Notes: generated by a model not told the origin, from the sequence alone. Counted from the first letter of the whole stretch, positions 30,188-41,577 are shown. The stretch: DNA of 63,632 nucleotides, filler included, from Stramenopiles sp. TOSAG23-3 (GCA_900128585.1; 14 parts of 14 records of this genome joined end to end with filler, not necessarily neighbours in it); one strand, 5' to 3'. Numbers and translations: made by a program.

Positions 30188-33100
30188 ATGGCCGAGGATG
30201 GAGAGAAGAAGCCCAGTGGGGGCTGCAAAGGGTTTTGCCGACGGCAGTGCAGAAAACGATTAGGGTGCCCCCCCACAAAAACCTCAAAATGGTGGTTGAT
30301 CCCGCACATGATGGGTTTCTTTTCGTTTCTTTTGCTGACCTACCGGACGTACGAATTGGGCACCGTCAACGAAGGCCTGACCGTAGCGCTGGGAAAGATA
30401 AACACTGCACCTAGTACGGCTTGGACTACCTTTGACGAAGTAACGAGTCACTTAACGCTTATAAAGTTCCTGAGAACAAACTTGTTGAAAAATGTCGATG
30501 CCGCGGAGGATAGCGATTTCAATTCTTACCAAGACGACAAAAGCAACGGCCACAAACTGCACCTTAGCGCACGCTCACTGCCCGTCACCTTTCTGCCCAT
30601 TACCTTGGAGCAGACGCGCCACGAACACGCTCCGCTATGCAACCATTACAAGGAAAACAAAAAGTTTGTCATCGCAGTCGAGGGAAACTGCGAAAAAGAG
30701 TACCTTGACTTGCACAAATATGGCGACCAACTCGTCCAGGACGCGGAAACGTCAAAAGTGACGGGGGTATTTTGCCCCGCGTTTGACGGAATTGACTTCC
30801 CAAAGAACATGTCGTACAACCCGTTCGAGAAAGTTAAATCGACGCTGGTGCTCCCAGAATGTATGCTCGGAACGAAGAATGTTGGCTGCGGCGCCCGAAA
30901 AGAAGTTTACCAGGTCCGAAACCTGTCCCCAAAACCGGAGGACCAAGGAGGAAAGTCTATGACCCAAATGCTCGATATCTTGAACGGCTGCCGCTGGATA
31001 GATCTTCAGACCAAAGAAGTTCTCATCTCTGTGCCGTTTCTGGTAAAGGCAAGCGGGGTCCAAGGCGAGATACGGTACACCGTTCAATTTTCGACATCCG
31101 GGGAAGCTTCCACGACGTATAAAGTCAGTTATGCAAAGCACATTCAGACATCGGGGGAATACTACGCCCAGCTGAGCCACTCCGACCCGAACATTAGCTC
31201 CATGGCGATGGGGAGTCTTGTCTGTAGGATATACATGACAGTTTACTTGATCGCAGAAATTTACATGCGCAATCAGGTACAATTTAAAGCTGCCTTAAAA
31301 ATGGACCTCGGGGCCGACAAAGAGGGAGAAGCGCCGACTCCAATGTGGAAGAAGAAAGGGAAAAAATGCATGTACGTGACAAAAACACTATTTCCAGGCG
31401 CCACCGAATTTCTTGGTTTTGGACTCTTGGTCTCGTCACTCATCATACCACTCTTTTACGACGCCATCAACACGGAAATGAAATTTAACGAAGAAACTCT
31501 CACGAGCATTGGTTCTGGAAAGTTGCTTTGGAACACCCCCACAGAGGATGGCACCGTCACCTCTACGTTCCTGGATCACATGATGTACGCGCAGCAAAAC
31601 ATGTTTCGGACTAATTCCATAATCGTTATTGTCTGTTCTATGTGGCTCTTGAAATTGATGATACTGTTCAGCGTGACCGACGATGTGAACGTCGTGCCGC
31701 ACACGCTGATAAAATCATTGCCTCCCATCTTTAACTTGATGATCGTGATCAGCACAATGGTCACTACCTTCGCGGCAATGGCCATGGTGTGCTACGGCCA
31801 TGTGCTATCTAGGTGGACAAAACCCGCACTGATGATGCTTGAAGTGTACCGGATGATGCTCGGGGACTACGGCGACCAGTACATCGAAATGTACAACGAG
31901 GACAAAACCATTGCGATAATCCTGTTCTTGTTTTTTAGTGTAGTATTAATGATGACGGTCGTGAACATATTTATGTCTGTCGTGCTCGATACGTACGCCG
32001 AAGTCAACAAGGACGAATACAAGGAAACGGTACGCAGAAAGGCCGAGGCGGCCCTTGCTGCAAGAGAAAGCGTCTCAATTGCACCACCGCAGCAACAAAA
32101 CACAAAGAAGGCAAACTTGTGCAGAAAATGTTTTAGAATGTGCACGTGTTGCTGTCGCAAACTGCCAAAAAAAGGTTCAAAGTGGTTGCTCATCCCGCAC
32201 TTATTGGGATTCTTCGCGTTCATGTTGGTAATTTTTAACACCTACAAGCTCTCTGAAGTCAACGAAGGACTCTCCACCGCAAAGGGATATATTTCGACAA
32301 CGGAAATGAATGGTGTTAAAACCTTTGAAAAGATTTCGAGTGTGGAAGACGTGTACACGTTTTTAACCATGAATGTGATCCCTAATATGCACGAAGGATG
32401 GAACTCGGATTATATGGGCCGAAACTATCTTCCTCTTGATTCGGATTTGTATACTCCACAAAACTTTATACCAATTTTGTTCTTACCCTTCTCGATCGAA
32501 CAGACGCGGCGACTGTCGCCTGGGGTGTGCAAGGACTACAAAGACTCTACGAGCGAAGAAGACCAGAACTTTATGAAAGGGTTTGGAGCGGACTGCAAAG
32601 TCATAACAGGTCGAAAGTTCGGGGAATTACCCATACCCGACAAAAACTATACTACGGTGGCATCCTGCCCATTTTTTAAGGAGAAGAAAGGTACCGACCA
32701 TGAAATCAAACCGGACCCTTTCACACTTACAGAGTCCTTCTTGGAATTGCCAGAACAAGTATACATGATCGAAAACGTTGCGTATTACTCCAAACCATAC
32801 AACGATGGATTTCCCACCGATCACTCGCAGGGAACAATCACGGCAACAATGGTAGTTAACGCACTGAAGAAGTGCTATTGGATCGACTTACAAACGAAAC
32901 AAATTTTTATAAATATTCCATTCGCGGTCAAGGGATCGATGGTCTTTGGAAGTTTGCAATACAGGATTGATTTTACCGAGTCTGGAAAGCCGACTTTGGG
33001 GTCAACGATGTATTACGCCCGTACTATCGATACGGCGACCGGCGCAATCTCATCACTTTGCAGCGCATACATACTGATTTACCTGTGTGTAGAGCTGGTG

Positions 33101-34120
33101 TTGCGAAACTTTATCAGAATCAGCACCGCTTTTAAGGCAAAAAAGCCCTGTTGCAAAAAGTTGAAAGGAATAATTCTTTCTTTCTTTCCAGGGGTACCAG
33201 AGTATTTGTCCATGACTTTGTTGGCATCCCAGAGTGGTTTCCCCATTATCATTGGCATGGTGAACACACGCGTCGCAGAGATCGTGTCCCAATTTGACAA
33301 AGTTGCAGATGGAGTAGGGAATCCTGGAGACCCCGCTTTCATGAAGGCTTTCAATGGGTACGTGAAGGCCGCATTGCACGAGCAGCAAGGTTTGAACGGG
33401 TACACCATGTTCATCATGGTTCTGTTCTTGGTGAAAATGCTGTACGTGTTCTACGATACGGATGGTGTGAGCGTTGTCCCGAGAACGTTGGTGAGGTCCC
33501 TGTTTCCAATATTCAACCTGTTGATCGTCATCATTGCGATGGTAGCAAGTTTTGCCGGCATGGCCATGGTGTGCTACGGTCACTCGTTTGCCCGTTGGAC
33601 CAACCCGTTCTTGATGCTTTTGGAAGTTTACCAAATGATGCTTGGGGATTGGGGAGAGCAGTACAATGAGATGTACAACCAGGACAGGCTGTTGGCAATA
33701 ATTTTATTTTTGTTCTTCAGCATTGTTCTGATGATGACAATGATCAACATATTCCTGTCTGTCGTGCTGGACACGTACGCTGCAATAAACGAGGAAGAGG
33801 CGAAAAAAGCAAAGGAAAACGGTCCCGAACAGAGTGGTCCGAGTGTGAGTGTCAAAGTAGCGCCCGCACCCACGCCCGCGCCGTCCCAACCGGTCGTCCC
33901 GGAGAAAAGCGTTGATTTGGATGACCCCCTTGGGAACGTGGGCGACCGTTTGCGGATTACGAGGCAGCAGTACGGGGCAGGCTCGGACGAGTACAAATCG
34001 GTAATGGAGGAGGCATCCAACCTGAAAAATGACCAACTTCGGCAGGAAGAGGATGCCGGGAAAGGAGGAGAAGGCGGAGACCCCAAACCGAACGAAGAGA
34101 AAGGTGATTCCCCCGTTTAA
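30188..34120 (+). CDS. Polycystin-2/TRPP-like cation channel with two complete tandem channel units
   Basis: Each half has S1, a large extracellular loop with WIDLQTK (cf. the PKD2 WID..T motif), S2-S4, S5 ending AMVCYGH, pore MMLGD[Y/W], and S6 NIF.SVVLDTY. Confidence 0.85.
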   Translation: MAEDGEKKPSGGCKGFCRRQCRKRLGCPPTKTSKWWLIPHMMGFFSFLLLTYRTYELGTVNEGLTVALGKINTAPSTAWTTFDEVTSHLTLIKFLRTNLLKNVDAAEDSDFNSYQDDKSNGHKLHLSARSLPVTFLPITLEQTRHEHAPLCNHYKENKKFVIAVEGNCEKEYLDLHKYGDQLVQDAETSKVTGVFCPAFDGIDFPKNMSYNPFEKVKSTLVLPECMLGTKNVGCGARKEVYQVRNLSPKPEDQGGKSMTQMLDILNGCRWIDLQTKEVLISVPFLVKASGVQGEIRYTVQFSTSGEASTTYKVSYAKHIQTSGEYYAQLSHSDPNISSMAMGSLVCRIYMTVYLIAEIYMRNQVQFKAALKMDLGADKEGEAPTPMWKKKGKKCMYVTKTLFPGATEFLGFGLLVSSLIIPLFYDAINTEMKFNEETLTSIGSGKLLWNTPTEDGTVTSTFLDHMMYAQQNMFRTNSIIVIVCSMWLLKLMILFSVTDDVNVVPHTLIKSLPPIFNLMIVISTMVTTFAAMAMVCYGHVLSRWTKPALMMLEVYRMMLGDYGDQYIEMYNEDKTIAIILFLFFSVVLMMTVVNIFMSVVLDTYAEVNKDEYKETVRRKAEAALAARESVSIAPPQQQNTKKANLCRKCFRMCTCCCRKLPKKGSKWLLIPHLLGFFAFMLVIFNTYKLSEVNEGLSTAKGYISTTEMNGVKTFEKISSVEDVYTFLTMNVIPNMHEGWNSDYMGRNYLPLDSDLYTPQNFIPILFLPFSIEQTRRLSPGVCKDYKDSTSEEDQNFMKGFGADCKVITGRKFGELPIPDKNYTTVASCPFFKEKKGTDHEIKPDPFTLTESFLELPEQVYMIENVAYYSKPYNDGFPTDHSQGTITATMVVNALKKCYWIDLQTKQIFINIPFAVKGSMVFGSLQYRIDFTESGKPTLGSTMYYARTIDTATGAISSLCSAYILIYLCVELVLRNFIRISTAFKAKKPCCKKLKGIILSFFPGVPEYLSMTLLASQSGFPIIIGMVNTRVAEIVSQFDKVADGVGNPGDPAFMKAFNGYVKAALHEQQGLNGYTMFIMVLFLVKMLYVFYDTDGVSVVPRTLVRSLFPIFNLLIVIIAMVASFAGMAMVCYGHSFARWTNPFLMLLEVYQMMLGDWGEQYNEMYNQDRLLAIILFLFFSIVLMMTMINIFLSVVLDTYAAINEEEAKKAKENGPEQSGPSVSVKVAPAPTPAPSQPVVPEKSVDLDDPLGNVGDRLRITRQQYGAGSDEYKSVMEEASNLKNDQLRQEEDAGKGGEGGDPKPNEEKGDSPV

Positions 34121-34532
34121 GAGCTGTTTTGATCTAAAGGTGAAAAACAGAAAAAATCTCTAAGTTTCTGAAATCCATTAAAAAAAAATGTTTCACTCTT
34201 AATATTTAAGGATAAGTATTCAAATTGAGTTTGATTTACATATCATAGTATTATTAGTATACTAGTATTGCCTTATTCGAAGAACTTGATGATGATGACG
34301 TTTGTAGACAAAAATGATGGTATTATTTTTATAATAGACGACTACTTCATATTATTATTTATTACCGAGAGTCGTAAATTACTTCGATCAATAACATAAA
34401 CTTGCTTTAAAAATTAACAACCTGGAGCATTCCCCGAACGCCCGGGGTGGCCGAGGCCGAGCCTGAGCCCGAGCCTCCCCTTTCGTCCCTTCCACCCAAC
34501 ACCTTCCACCGCCCCCTCTCTACTAGTTACTC

Positions 34533-35420
34533 TTACATCTCGTACGCAGCTGCCGCCTCGTCGAAGGAGTTGGCCGCATCTTCCCACTGTTTTACTGTAG
34601 CGTTGTCTGGGTCCAGTTTCTTAATTCTGTCGACAAACTCCTGGATAACTTCTTCTGGCCTGTTCAAGTAGCGCGCGGCGACGATGGAGTTGACCAAAGC
34701 CCCCGTGTGCCCTGGGTTCTCTTCGAGCGCGGAACTAAGGAGCTCCTCCGCTTCTGGAAACTGCTCCATCTTGATTTTGCAGACGGCGAGCGAGTTCAAC
34801 AAGTTCGGAGTCGGGTCAAATTTGTCGATCAATTCCTGAAAAATGTAGGAAGCTTCCTCACATTTCGCACCGCCCATGGAACTGTACACCCATGCCTGGG
34901 CAAGCTGCGTGATCACCGCATCGTCGTCGCCAGAATTTGTCAGCTCGGCAAGCTCCTTCTGGGCAACGTCCAGGCGGTTCATTTTCAGCAGCACGTTTAT
35001 GCGCAGGGCCACGTGCTCCGGGGTGTCCGCACCGGGGCCGTGCAAGACGGTCAAGGCGTCCGTGTACTCTTCCCGCTCTGCGTGCAGGATTCCTGCGACA
35101 AGGCGGAGCGTCGGGTTCCCTGACGTCATTTCGTCTTCCAAACTTTGCGACACTTTCTTCATCACTCCGTCCCGTTCTTTCGGCCGGGACATAAACGTTG
35201 CCAGGTACTTGACCGCTTCTAACGCCATAGGGGCTTGGTTGATCTCGTCGATGACTTCGTCCGTTTCGCCTAGTTCCAAACGGGACCGGTACACAAAGAC
35301 CTTGCACTCGATCTCTTTTTGCTGCGAAAGAGGAGGGGTGGCGGCACCTTCCTCGACGGCAGTGGCAAAACTCCCGACAAAAAAGTTGTTCCTAACGGCA
35401 TACAACTCGTCGACGTCCAT
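34533..35420 (-). CDS. COPE: Coatomer subunit epsilon
   Basis: DELYAVRNNFFVG, DDAVITQLAQAW, A.YIFQEL, TPR-like helices. Confidence 0.93.
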   Translation of the reverse strand: MDVDELYAVRNNFFVGSFATAVEEGAATPPLSQQKEIECKVFVYRSRLELGETDEVIDEINQAPMALEAVKYLATFMSRPKERDGVMKKVSQSLEDEMTSGNPTLRLVAGILHAEREEYTDALTVLHGPGADTPEHVALRINVLLKMNRLDVAQKELAELTNSGDDDAVITQLAQAWVYSSMGGAKCEEASYIFQELIDKFDPTPNLLNSLAVCKIKMEQFPEAEELLSSALEENPGHTGALVNSIVAARYLNRPEEVIQEFVDRIKKLDPDNATVKQWEDAANSFDEAAAAYEM

Positions 35421-35552
35421 TTTTGTTTGTTTGTTTGCTTGTTACAACAACGTTTTTGTTTTCTGTGTGCGACGGTGGTGCTGGATATTCGAGTATAATA
35501 CCCCTTGCGAACGGACGAAAAATAAATAGATAGGTAGAACGATTGGAAGAAC

Positions 35553-35652
35553 NNNNNNNNNNNNNNNNNNNNNNNNNNNNNNNNNNNNNNNNNNNNTTAA
35601 TTAATTAANNNNNNNNNNNNNNNNNNNNNNNNNNNNNNNNNNNNNNNNNNNN
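35553..35652. other. Artificial contig spacer
   Basis: N44-TTAATTAATTAA-N44. Confidence 0.99.
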
Positions 35653-37317
35653 ATTGAATTCGGCGATCCTACTTTGGGTGATGATCTTAGCAAATCTCTG
35701 AATTTTGCCACGCTGCGCAAGAAAGGAATTACGATCGGAAACAGCGGTGAACAACAATATACATGGCGACCATGTTGTTCAGAACAATACAGATGGCGAC
35801 CATGCTGTTCAAAATGCAGTTCGAAAGTTCAAGCTACCATCAAGCGACCATGCTGTTCAAAATACAGTTCGAAAGTTCAAGCTGCAGATCCCCCTGCAAC
35901 CGCCGATGAGCCTCAAGAGTCGTCCGAAACAAGAAAAACTTGTAAAAACTGGATTAAATTATTCTTTGCAAGCGTACATGTGGAATTTTGGGTCATTTAT
36001 CAGAACATTATTTTGCTAGGTGGTGTCCAGTTGGTCGTATCAGTTGCAACCCGCTTGTATTCTCCCAAGAAAGGAACGGAATCAGGGGGGGAACACTCGT
36101 TTAAAAGAACGGGGACAGACATACAAAAAAAATGTAGTGTGGCAAATAATTTAAAGAGCGGAACGGAAGATTCAACTGTGGTGACTATTTCCGAGTCAAG
36201 CGAAAAAGAGTCTGAACGCAGACAAGAACAAGCGACTGATAAAAATACTGGTTCTCCTTTTAAACGTCTTCAAAGAAGAGCATCACTCACCATTAGCAAA
36301 CTGATCAATCATACTGATGCAGATGCTGAAGAAAAAAGTGCACATGCCGAAGAAAAAATTGCACACCCTGAAGAAAAAAGTGCAAATCCTGAAGTAAAAA
36401 GTGCCACTAGTAGTGTAATTGGTCCTAATAATACTTATGATGGCAAGGCGTTTCGTTTATGGCGCCAATCGATGTATCGAAATGATTATTTTCAAGAATG
36501 GTGGAATTTTTACGAGTGGATGTTAATTTTGTTATTTGCCGCATACTTTTTTGGAGAACAGACGCGAGACTCATTCAACCGCGAAACCCGTCTGAAAATT
36601 GTGTCGGTGTTGGAAAGCATGAGCAACGAGTTTGTGCCTTTGGACAATCTTTCTTTCTATGTCACGCAAACGCAAGACATTGTGGCCATCGTGTTTATTT
36701 TTGTTTGCATTCATTTCCTTCGAATCATGCAAGAAGTCCCTTACGGTATCGGGGCAAGGGTCATGGCAATATTAAAGGTCATACCCCACAAAGACGTGTT
36801 TCCTTTCTACGTCACACTCATCATTATGATTCTCTCGTTCGCGATCGGAATACATTTTGCATACGCGAACGAAATAGTGGAGTACCGACAATTGGCATCG
36901 AGTTTTCTAAACGTATTCTTTGCATCCTTTGGTGATTTTGGCATCGGCGTAGAAGATATGATGGACTCTGCAGAGACTATCACGTATTTATTTGTTTTGC
37001 TATTGATTTTGCTCGTTTCGCTCATTATGATGAACATTTTCATTGGCGTTGTGGGAAGTGTTTATGAAAAAACGGAGGAACAATCTTTAGAGCAGTTTGA
37101 AACGGATCTGGACAAGTATTATATTGCAAACTTGGATGAAGACTTTCGTAAAAAGGCGGATGACTGTTTGATGGAGAACTTTGAAAGAAATGTGCTTGAA
37201 GGAAATCACCAGGATGATGATATTGGCAACTCTGACGAGTTTAAAAAATGGATATTGGCAACTCTGACGAGTTTAAAAAATGGTAACACAGGGCACAAAC
37301 GGTTGGGAATCAGTTGA
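35653..37317 (+). CDS. TRP/polycystin-like ion channel, 5'-partial
   Basis: WNFYEW in S3, FLR in S4, S5 ending FAYA, pore FASFGDF, S6 MMNIFIGVVGSVY. Frame is open from the contig edge. Confidence 0.82.
   Translation: MEFGDPTLGDDLSKSLNFATLRKKGITIGNSGEQQYTWRPCCSEQYRWRPCCSKCSSKVQATIKRPCCSKYSSKVQAADPPATADEPQESSETRKTCKNWIKLFFASVHVEFWVIYQNIILLGGVQLVVSVATRLYSPKKGTESGGEHSFKRTGTDIQKKCSVANNLKSGTEDSTVVTISESSEKESERRQEQATDKNTGSPFKRLQRRASLTISKLINHTDADAEEKSAHAEEKIAHPEEKSANPEVKSATSSVIGPNNTYDGKAFRLWRQSMYRNDYFQEWWNFYEWMLILLFAAYFFGEQTRDSFNRETRLKIVSVLESMSNEFVPLDNLSFYVTQTQDIVAIVFIFVCIHFLRIMQEVPYGIGARVMAILKVIPHKDVFPFYVTLIIMILSFAIGIHFAYANEIVEYRQLASSFLNVFFASFGDFGIGVEDMMDSAETITYLFVLLLILLVSLIMMNIFIGVVGSVYEKTEEQSLEQFETDLDKYYIANLDEDFRKKADDCLMENFERNVLEGNHQDDDIGNSDEFKKWILATLTSLKNGNTGHKRLGIS
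35763..35883 (+). repeat. In-frame coding repeats (RPCCS x3, SSKVQA x2)
   Basis: GCGACCATG(T/C)TGTTCA recurs at 30- and 48-nt spacing. Confidence 0.85.
36325..36405 (+). repeat. 21-nt coding minisatellite, about 4 copies ([A/P]EEKSAH)
   Basis: Direct inspection. Confidence 0.85.
37219..37282 (+). repeat. Perfect 32-bp tandem duplication inside the CDS
   Basis: GATATTGGCAACTCTGACGAGTTTAAAAAATG x2. Confidence 0.95.
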
Positions 37318-38123
37318 AACTACCCGTACCGTACTGCTACAGTTTTTAATGACCTAATCGGTTTTTTATTTAAATTGTTGTTGGGGGTTAAGTATTCGGT
37401 ATATTTCTATAAACTAATTCGTCGTATTTCATAGTCTAGTCTATTTTGTTTGTTACTAACAAGTTTAAACGACCACCCATTACTTTCGCTATTAGTCACT
37501 AATTAGTGAACAATTCCTTTGTAAAAGCAAAATATTTAAAAAAACTACGACATTGTCGCTGTTCCCGTACCTGTACCCGTACTATTACAAGTCTTCGTTA
37601 ACCTGGGTATGTACATGTACAGCTACTATACCCCGTAACATTACCAAAGTGAACCGAAGCACCGTGGACCGTGGGCTGCATTACTTTTTTTCTTCATAAT
37701 TTTCTGAAATAACAATTTAAAAATAATAATAATATAATAACGTTGATCATCAGCTTTTCTTCTTCTTCACCAGCAGTTCAACTTAGAAAAATCCCTCCTT
37801 CTTTCTGATGGTATTACGCTGTATGCTACGAAGTATTATCGTCGATCTCCTCCTCAACAAATACCCTTCTTGGTAATAATATGGTATAATACCCCTGGTA
37901 CGTACCAAAAAAAGGTACTACCGAATGATAAAAACAATAATAAATAGCAGGAGGAAAACAAGATTTTTTTGCGACTTACCTTGGTAAACAAAACCTGTTC
38001 TCGTTCGTAAAACATCCCCGAGACTCTTGGACAAAGTGAATAACCCATGATTGATTAAAATAATCGCAGTTGTCTTAACGAGTTTTACTGGTCGTCTCTC
38101 TGAACTCTTCTTTGTCGAGCGTT

Positions 38124-38780
38124 ATGAACAAACCTGCCCCGTACTTCGGGCTGTCTAATATTGCCCTTTATCGGCACCGTGCACACCACGAGCACCGTCT
38201 CTCGAACGTCGTCAGCTCTGTAGATAATAAAGTCCCAATTCTTCCAAAAAATGCACCCCTTTATCGCCGTAAAAAGAGCACACCACAAAAAAGGCGAAGG
38301 CCAAAAAGTGCAGGCCGCAAGCGGTCAAATTACCCTCTTGTAAAATCCTTCTCCACAAGTGCAATAAAAGCGGCAACGACCGACAATCTGTGTTTCAAAA
38401 ATGGGTCATACGTTGCGGGAACGGATCAAAAGATAGCAACCACGCCACACGTTTCAGATTTGAAAACTAGTGATCTTTTGCCCAAAAGCCAGTTAAAAAT
38501 CCGTCATAGTGTCCTAAGTCATGGTAGAAAGAGAAATCCTATCCCCGTTTTGAAACCTAGAAACTTAGGGCTAGAAAGAAGAAGACAGAAAAATATAGCG
38601 AGAAAAGAAGCATTTAACGAATTGGGGGTCAACTTGACAAAAAAGCAGTTTGGCACTTATTTGCGTTTTTTAAAAGTGTTGTATTCCCTTCCTGATGAAG
38701 CCCGGCATATTTTGGTTCAAGTTGCTATTGCGGAATCAGAGGAATTTGACAGTGAACGAATGCAAGAACGGTCCGATTGA
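38124..38780 (+). CDS. Basic protein with a CFAP97/KIAA1430-like N-terminal motif
   Basis: HEHRLSNVVSSVDNKVP resembles the family motif H..rl......vDn..P. Confidence 0.6.
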   Translation: MNKPAPYFGLSNIALYRHRAHHEHRLSNVVSSVDNKVPILPKNAPLYRRKKSTPQKRRRPKSAGRKRSNYPLVKSFSTSAIKAATTDNLCFKNGSYVAGTDQKIATTPHVSDLKTSDLLPKSQLKIRHSVLSHGRKRNPIPVLKPRNLGLERRRQKNIARKEAFNELGVNLTKKQFGTYLRFLKVLYSLPDEARHILVQVAIAESEEFDSERMQERSD

Positions 38781-39152
38781 TTGTGCAGGGGATTTTAGAA
38801 GCATTTGCTTGACACTCATGCAGGGGACGCCAACACGTCTCACGTGCCAAAAACATTTTTCCGAGCGTCCCGTCGTAAACTTTTCCCAAAATTTGTGTTC
38901 ATAAATTGCGAAGAAAAGGCAAAGCGTGTAAGCAGTTATTAATGATTACACGATTTTAATTTTTATAAAATTAATCATAAGCCTGCTTTTCGTAACAAAG
39001 AATTAATTTTAAACTCTTATTGGGACTGGCTGATTTATTAACACGCATATATATAAATATTTCCAAAAAACATGCCCCTCCCGTCCACATTCTCTATTTC
39101 TATAGGTGTAATCTATCCGTGTCGGGGGGCCAGCGTACAACAGATGCACTGG

Positions 39153-39764
39153 CTAGTCTTGGTTCATATGACTGCCATTGATAAAGTGATAACGAGAATG
39201 AAAAAACCCTTGTGCTACACACAAATACCCTGCGAGTAAAATGCACCATATATCTATACCAATTGCAAAATAGTCCCGGTATTTCAGCATAACCATATTT
39301 TCTCGCGTGTACAGTGGGTTACACTCATTCCCATCGCAAGAGAGCCACTGGGTCGTCCTCCACGCAGAGTAGGTGTCAGCTATTACAAATACTGAGCTGC
39401 CAATGCCAAATATCCAACGGAACATTACATGAGAATGTGAAAATATTCCAAAGAGGCCCAGCATTGAGCCCAAAAATGGTCGGGCAACACCGTAATACGG
39501 TGGGATAAGAGGTTCACTGCTCATCCAGTACAAATAAACCAAAATGGTCTGACTGATAACGGAACCAGTCACTGCCAATCTCACCCAACGCATGGCGTAA
39601 ATAATTCTCCTCTGCTCTCCGCCTCTTCCAGCAACGGCCGCGATAAGGGCAAATATGACGACCCAGGACAAAACCCCGCCACAATACAGCAACAAAACCT
39701 CTTCATAAGAGTAATCCCATTCGGCGGTATGTATAACTTTGTTCACCTCTACTGACGAGGACAT
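39153..39764 (-). CDS. Multi-pass membrane protein of unknown function
   Basis: 203-aa ORF with about 4-5 hydrophobic helices. Confidence 0.75.
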   Translation of the reverse strand: MSSSVEVNKVIHTAEWDYSYEEVLLLYCGGVLSWVVIFALIAAVAGRGGEQRRIIYAMRWVRLAVTGSVISQTILVYLYWMSSEPLIPPYYGVARPFLGSMLGLFGIFSHSHVMFRWIFGIGSSVFVIADTYSAWRTTQWLSCDGNECNPLYTRENMVMLKYRDYFAIGIDIWCILLAGYLCVAQGFFHSRYHFINGSHMNQD

Positions 39765-40134
39765 TTCTCTATTATTGTACTACGCGACGAAATTTATTTC
39801 CTGTTTCTATGCAAGCATTTCTGTGAACAAACGAATGCAAAACGAAAGAGTACCAATAAAACGAATGTCAATTGTCCGTATATTGAACAATAAGTACAAC
39901 GATTTACAATTTCAAGCATGGACAGTAAATATGTAACTCATGACAAAACTCACATACAAAAAAACATAAAATTGAATAATTAATAATAATAAAACACCGG
40001 AAGAACAAAACAACACACAATTAAAAAATCGAAGATTTATAACGCAGGTTTTATTCATATGGTGTCTACTTATTATATTAGACCTACTATAAATAAAATA
40101 CAATTATTTGATAGGAATTATACGTGAAGATGCC

Positions 40135-41476
40135 TCATACTTTCGAGCTAATTTTATAGAGTAGCTGTCGAAGTATGTGCTGAGGTTCTACCCCGTCCTC
40201 AACATCCCCATCATTATAGTTCACTAAAAACGTTTTTCCATCGTCCGATATGCCTTGGATAACTCCAATGTAGTAACGATTCCCCTGATTTCCTTGCCAA
40301 CGTGCAAAAACGCTTTGTCCTTCTTGAAGGTTGGCGTCTGGCAGCGCATCGTCGTTTCGGTCTAAACGGACCCATGCCACATTCTTTTCCAATGGCCCAG
40401 GGCCGACGGGGATAAGGTCCTCTGGTCGGACGCTTAGGATAGTCTCTGAAGGGTAATGCGGTCCTCTCTTTCGTGGGTGCCCAAAGAAGGCAAACGTCCA
40501 CTCTTCCAAACCGTAAAATTCAACCTGAAACGAACCGTCCTGCATTATTCCAGTAATGTGGCAGGGATAATAAATATTACTTTCGTCGTATTTTCCAACA
40601 CAGTCGCTGCCGATGCCGAGTGCAGCCACGAGCAGTTGATCCTGCGGAATGTCCGCGACAACATCAGTGGTCACATTTTTTATTCGCCCCGCACCGTCTA
40701 CGTCAAAATCGATTGAACTTTGCGCCACTCTTAAGATTTCTTCAAGCGCCGGGTTGTCTGCGAAGCTCTCCACATCCATATGTTGATCGCCAACGCCGGG
40801 AAACGGGACTTCCAGCCGAATTTCAGGAACGCCCGGGGAGCGGATGGCGACATGAATGATGGTGTTGTTTTTCTGATCTTGCCCTATAAAATTTTGCACT
40901 TCCGGGTACTGTGCCCCCCCGTACTGCTCACTGAATTCTTCGATGACCTGGGAGAGGCGCTCCAGCGACACGCCGGCAAAATCGCCACCAATTTCTCCTA
41001 GTATTTCCTTCAAATCAATGATGTTGAATTTTTCGGTGCCCCCAAGCCCTAACTTCCTGTTCAGGGCATCCAACAAGATTTGCCACTTTGTGGCTACATC
41101 CATAATTGCACTTTCATCAACCACACTGTCCTGCCCAGCGTCGCCGCGAGTACCGATGAGTTTAAGCATATCAGCAACATCGTTCATTCGAAGCGTTTCG
41201 CCCCCCGTCAACCCCAGCACTGTGTTGAAGGAACCCAGGACGCTCTCATCGAAGCCATTCAAAATATCAAAAACTTGCCGTTCTCCACCGGAAGCAGCCA
41301 GCGCATTGACGCCATCGAGAACGCCTGGACTGATGGCGGGCACCGTTTCGCCCAACGGCGATTCCCTGGCAGCTGGTGCGATAGTGCAAGTCTCTAGCAC
41401 TTCGGGTTCGGTACTTTTCAGGGACGTGGAGAATTCCTGAGAGCGCCTTTCCTCCCGAAGTTCGATCGCTTTCGAC
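40135..41476 (-). CDS. Protein with two C-terminal Tudor-like domains, 5'-partial
   Basis: GSDCVGKY....YYPC.I and GQSVFARW...YY.GVI...VNYNDGDVE. Frame is open to the contig edge. Confidence 0.78.
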
Positions 41477-41576
41477 NNNNNNNNNNNNNNNNNNNNNNNN
41501 NNNNNNNNNNNNNNNNNNNNTTAATTAATTAANNNNNNNNNNNNNNNNNNNNNNNNNNNNNNNNNNNNNNNNNNNN
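41477..41576. other. Artificial contig spacer
   Basis: N44-TTAATTAATTAA-N44. Confidence 0.99.
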
Positions 41577-41577
41577 C

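Noticed and set aside
30188-37317. Cluster of two TRP-like channel genes
   Set aside because: They lie on different contigs separated by a spacer.
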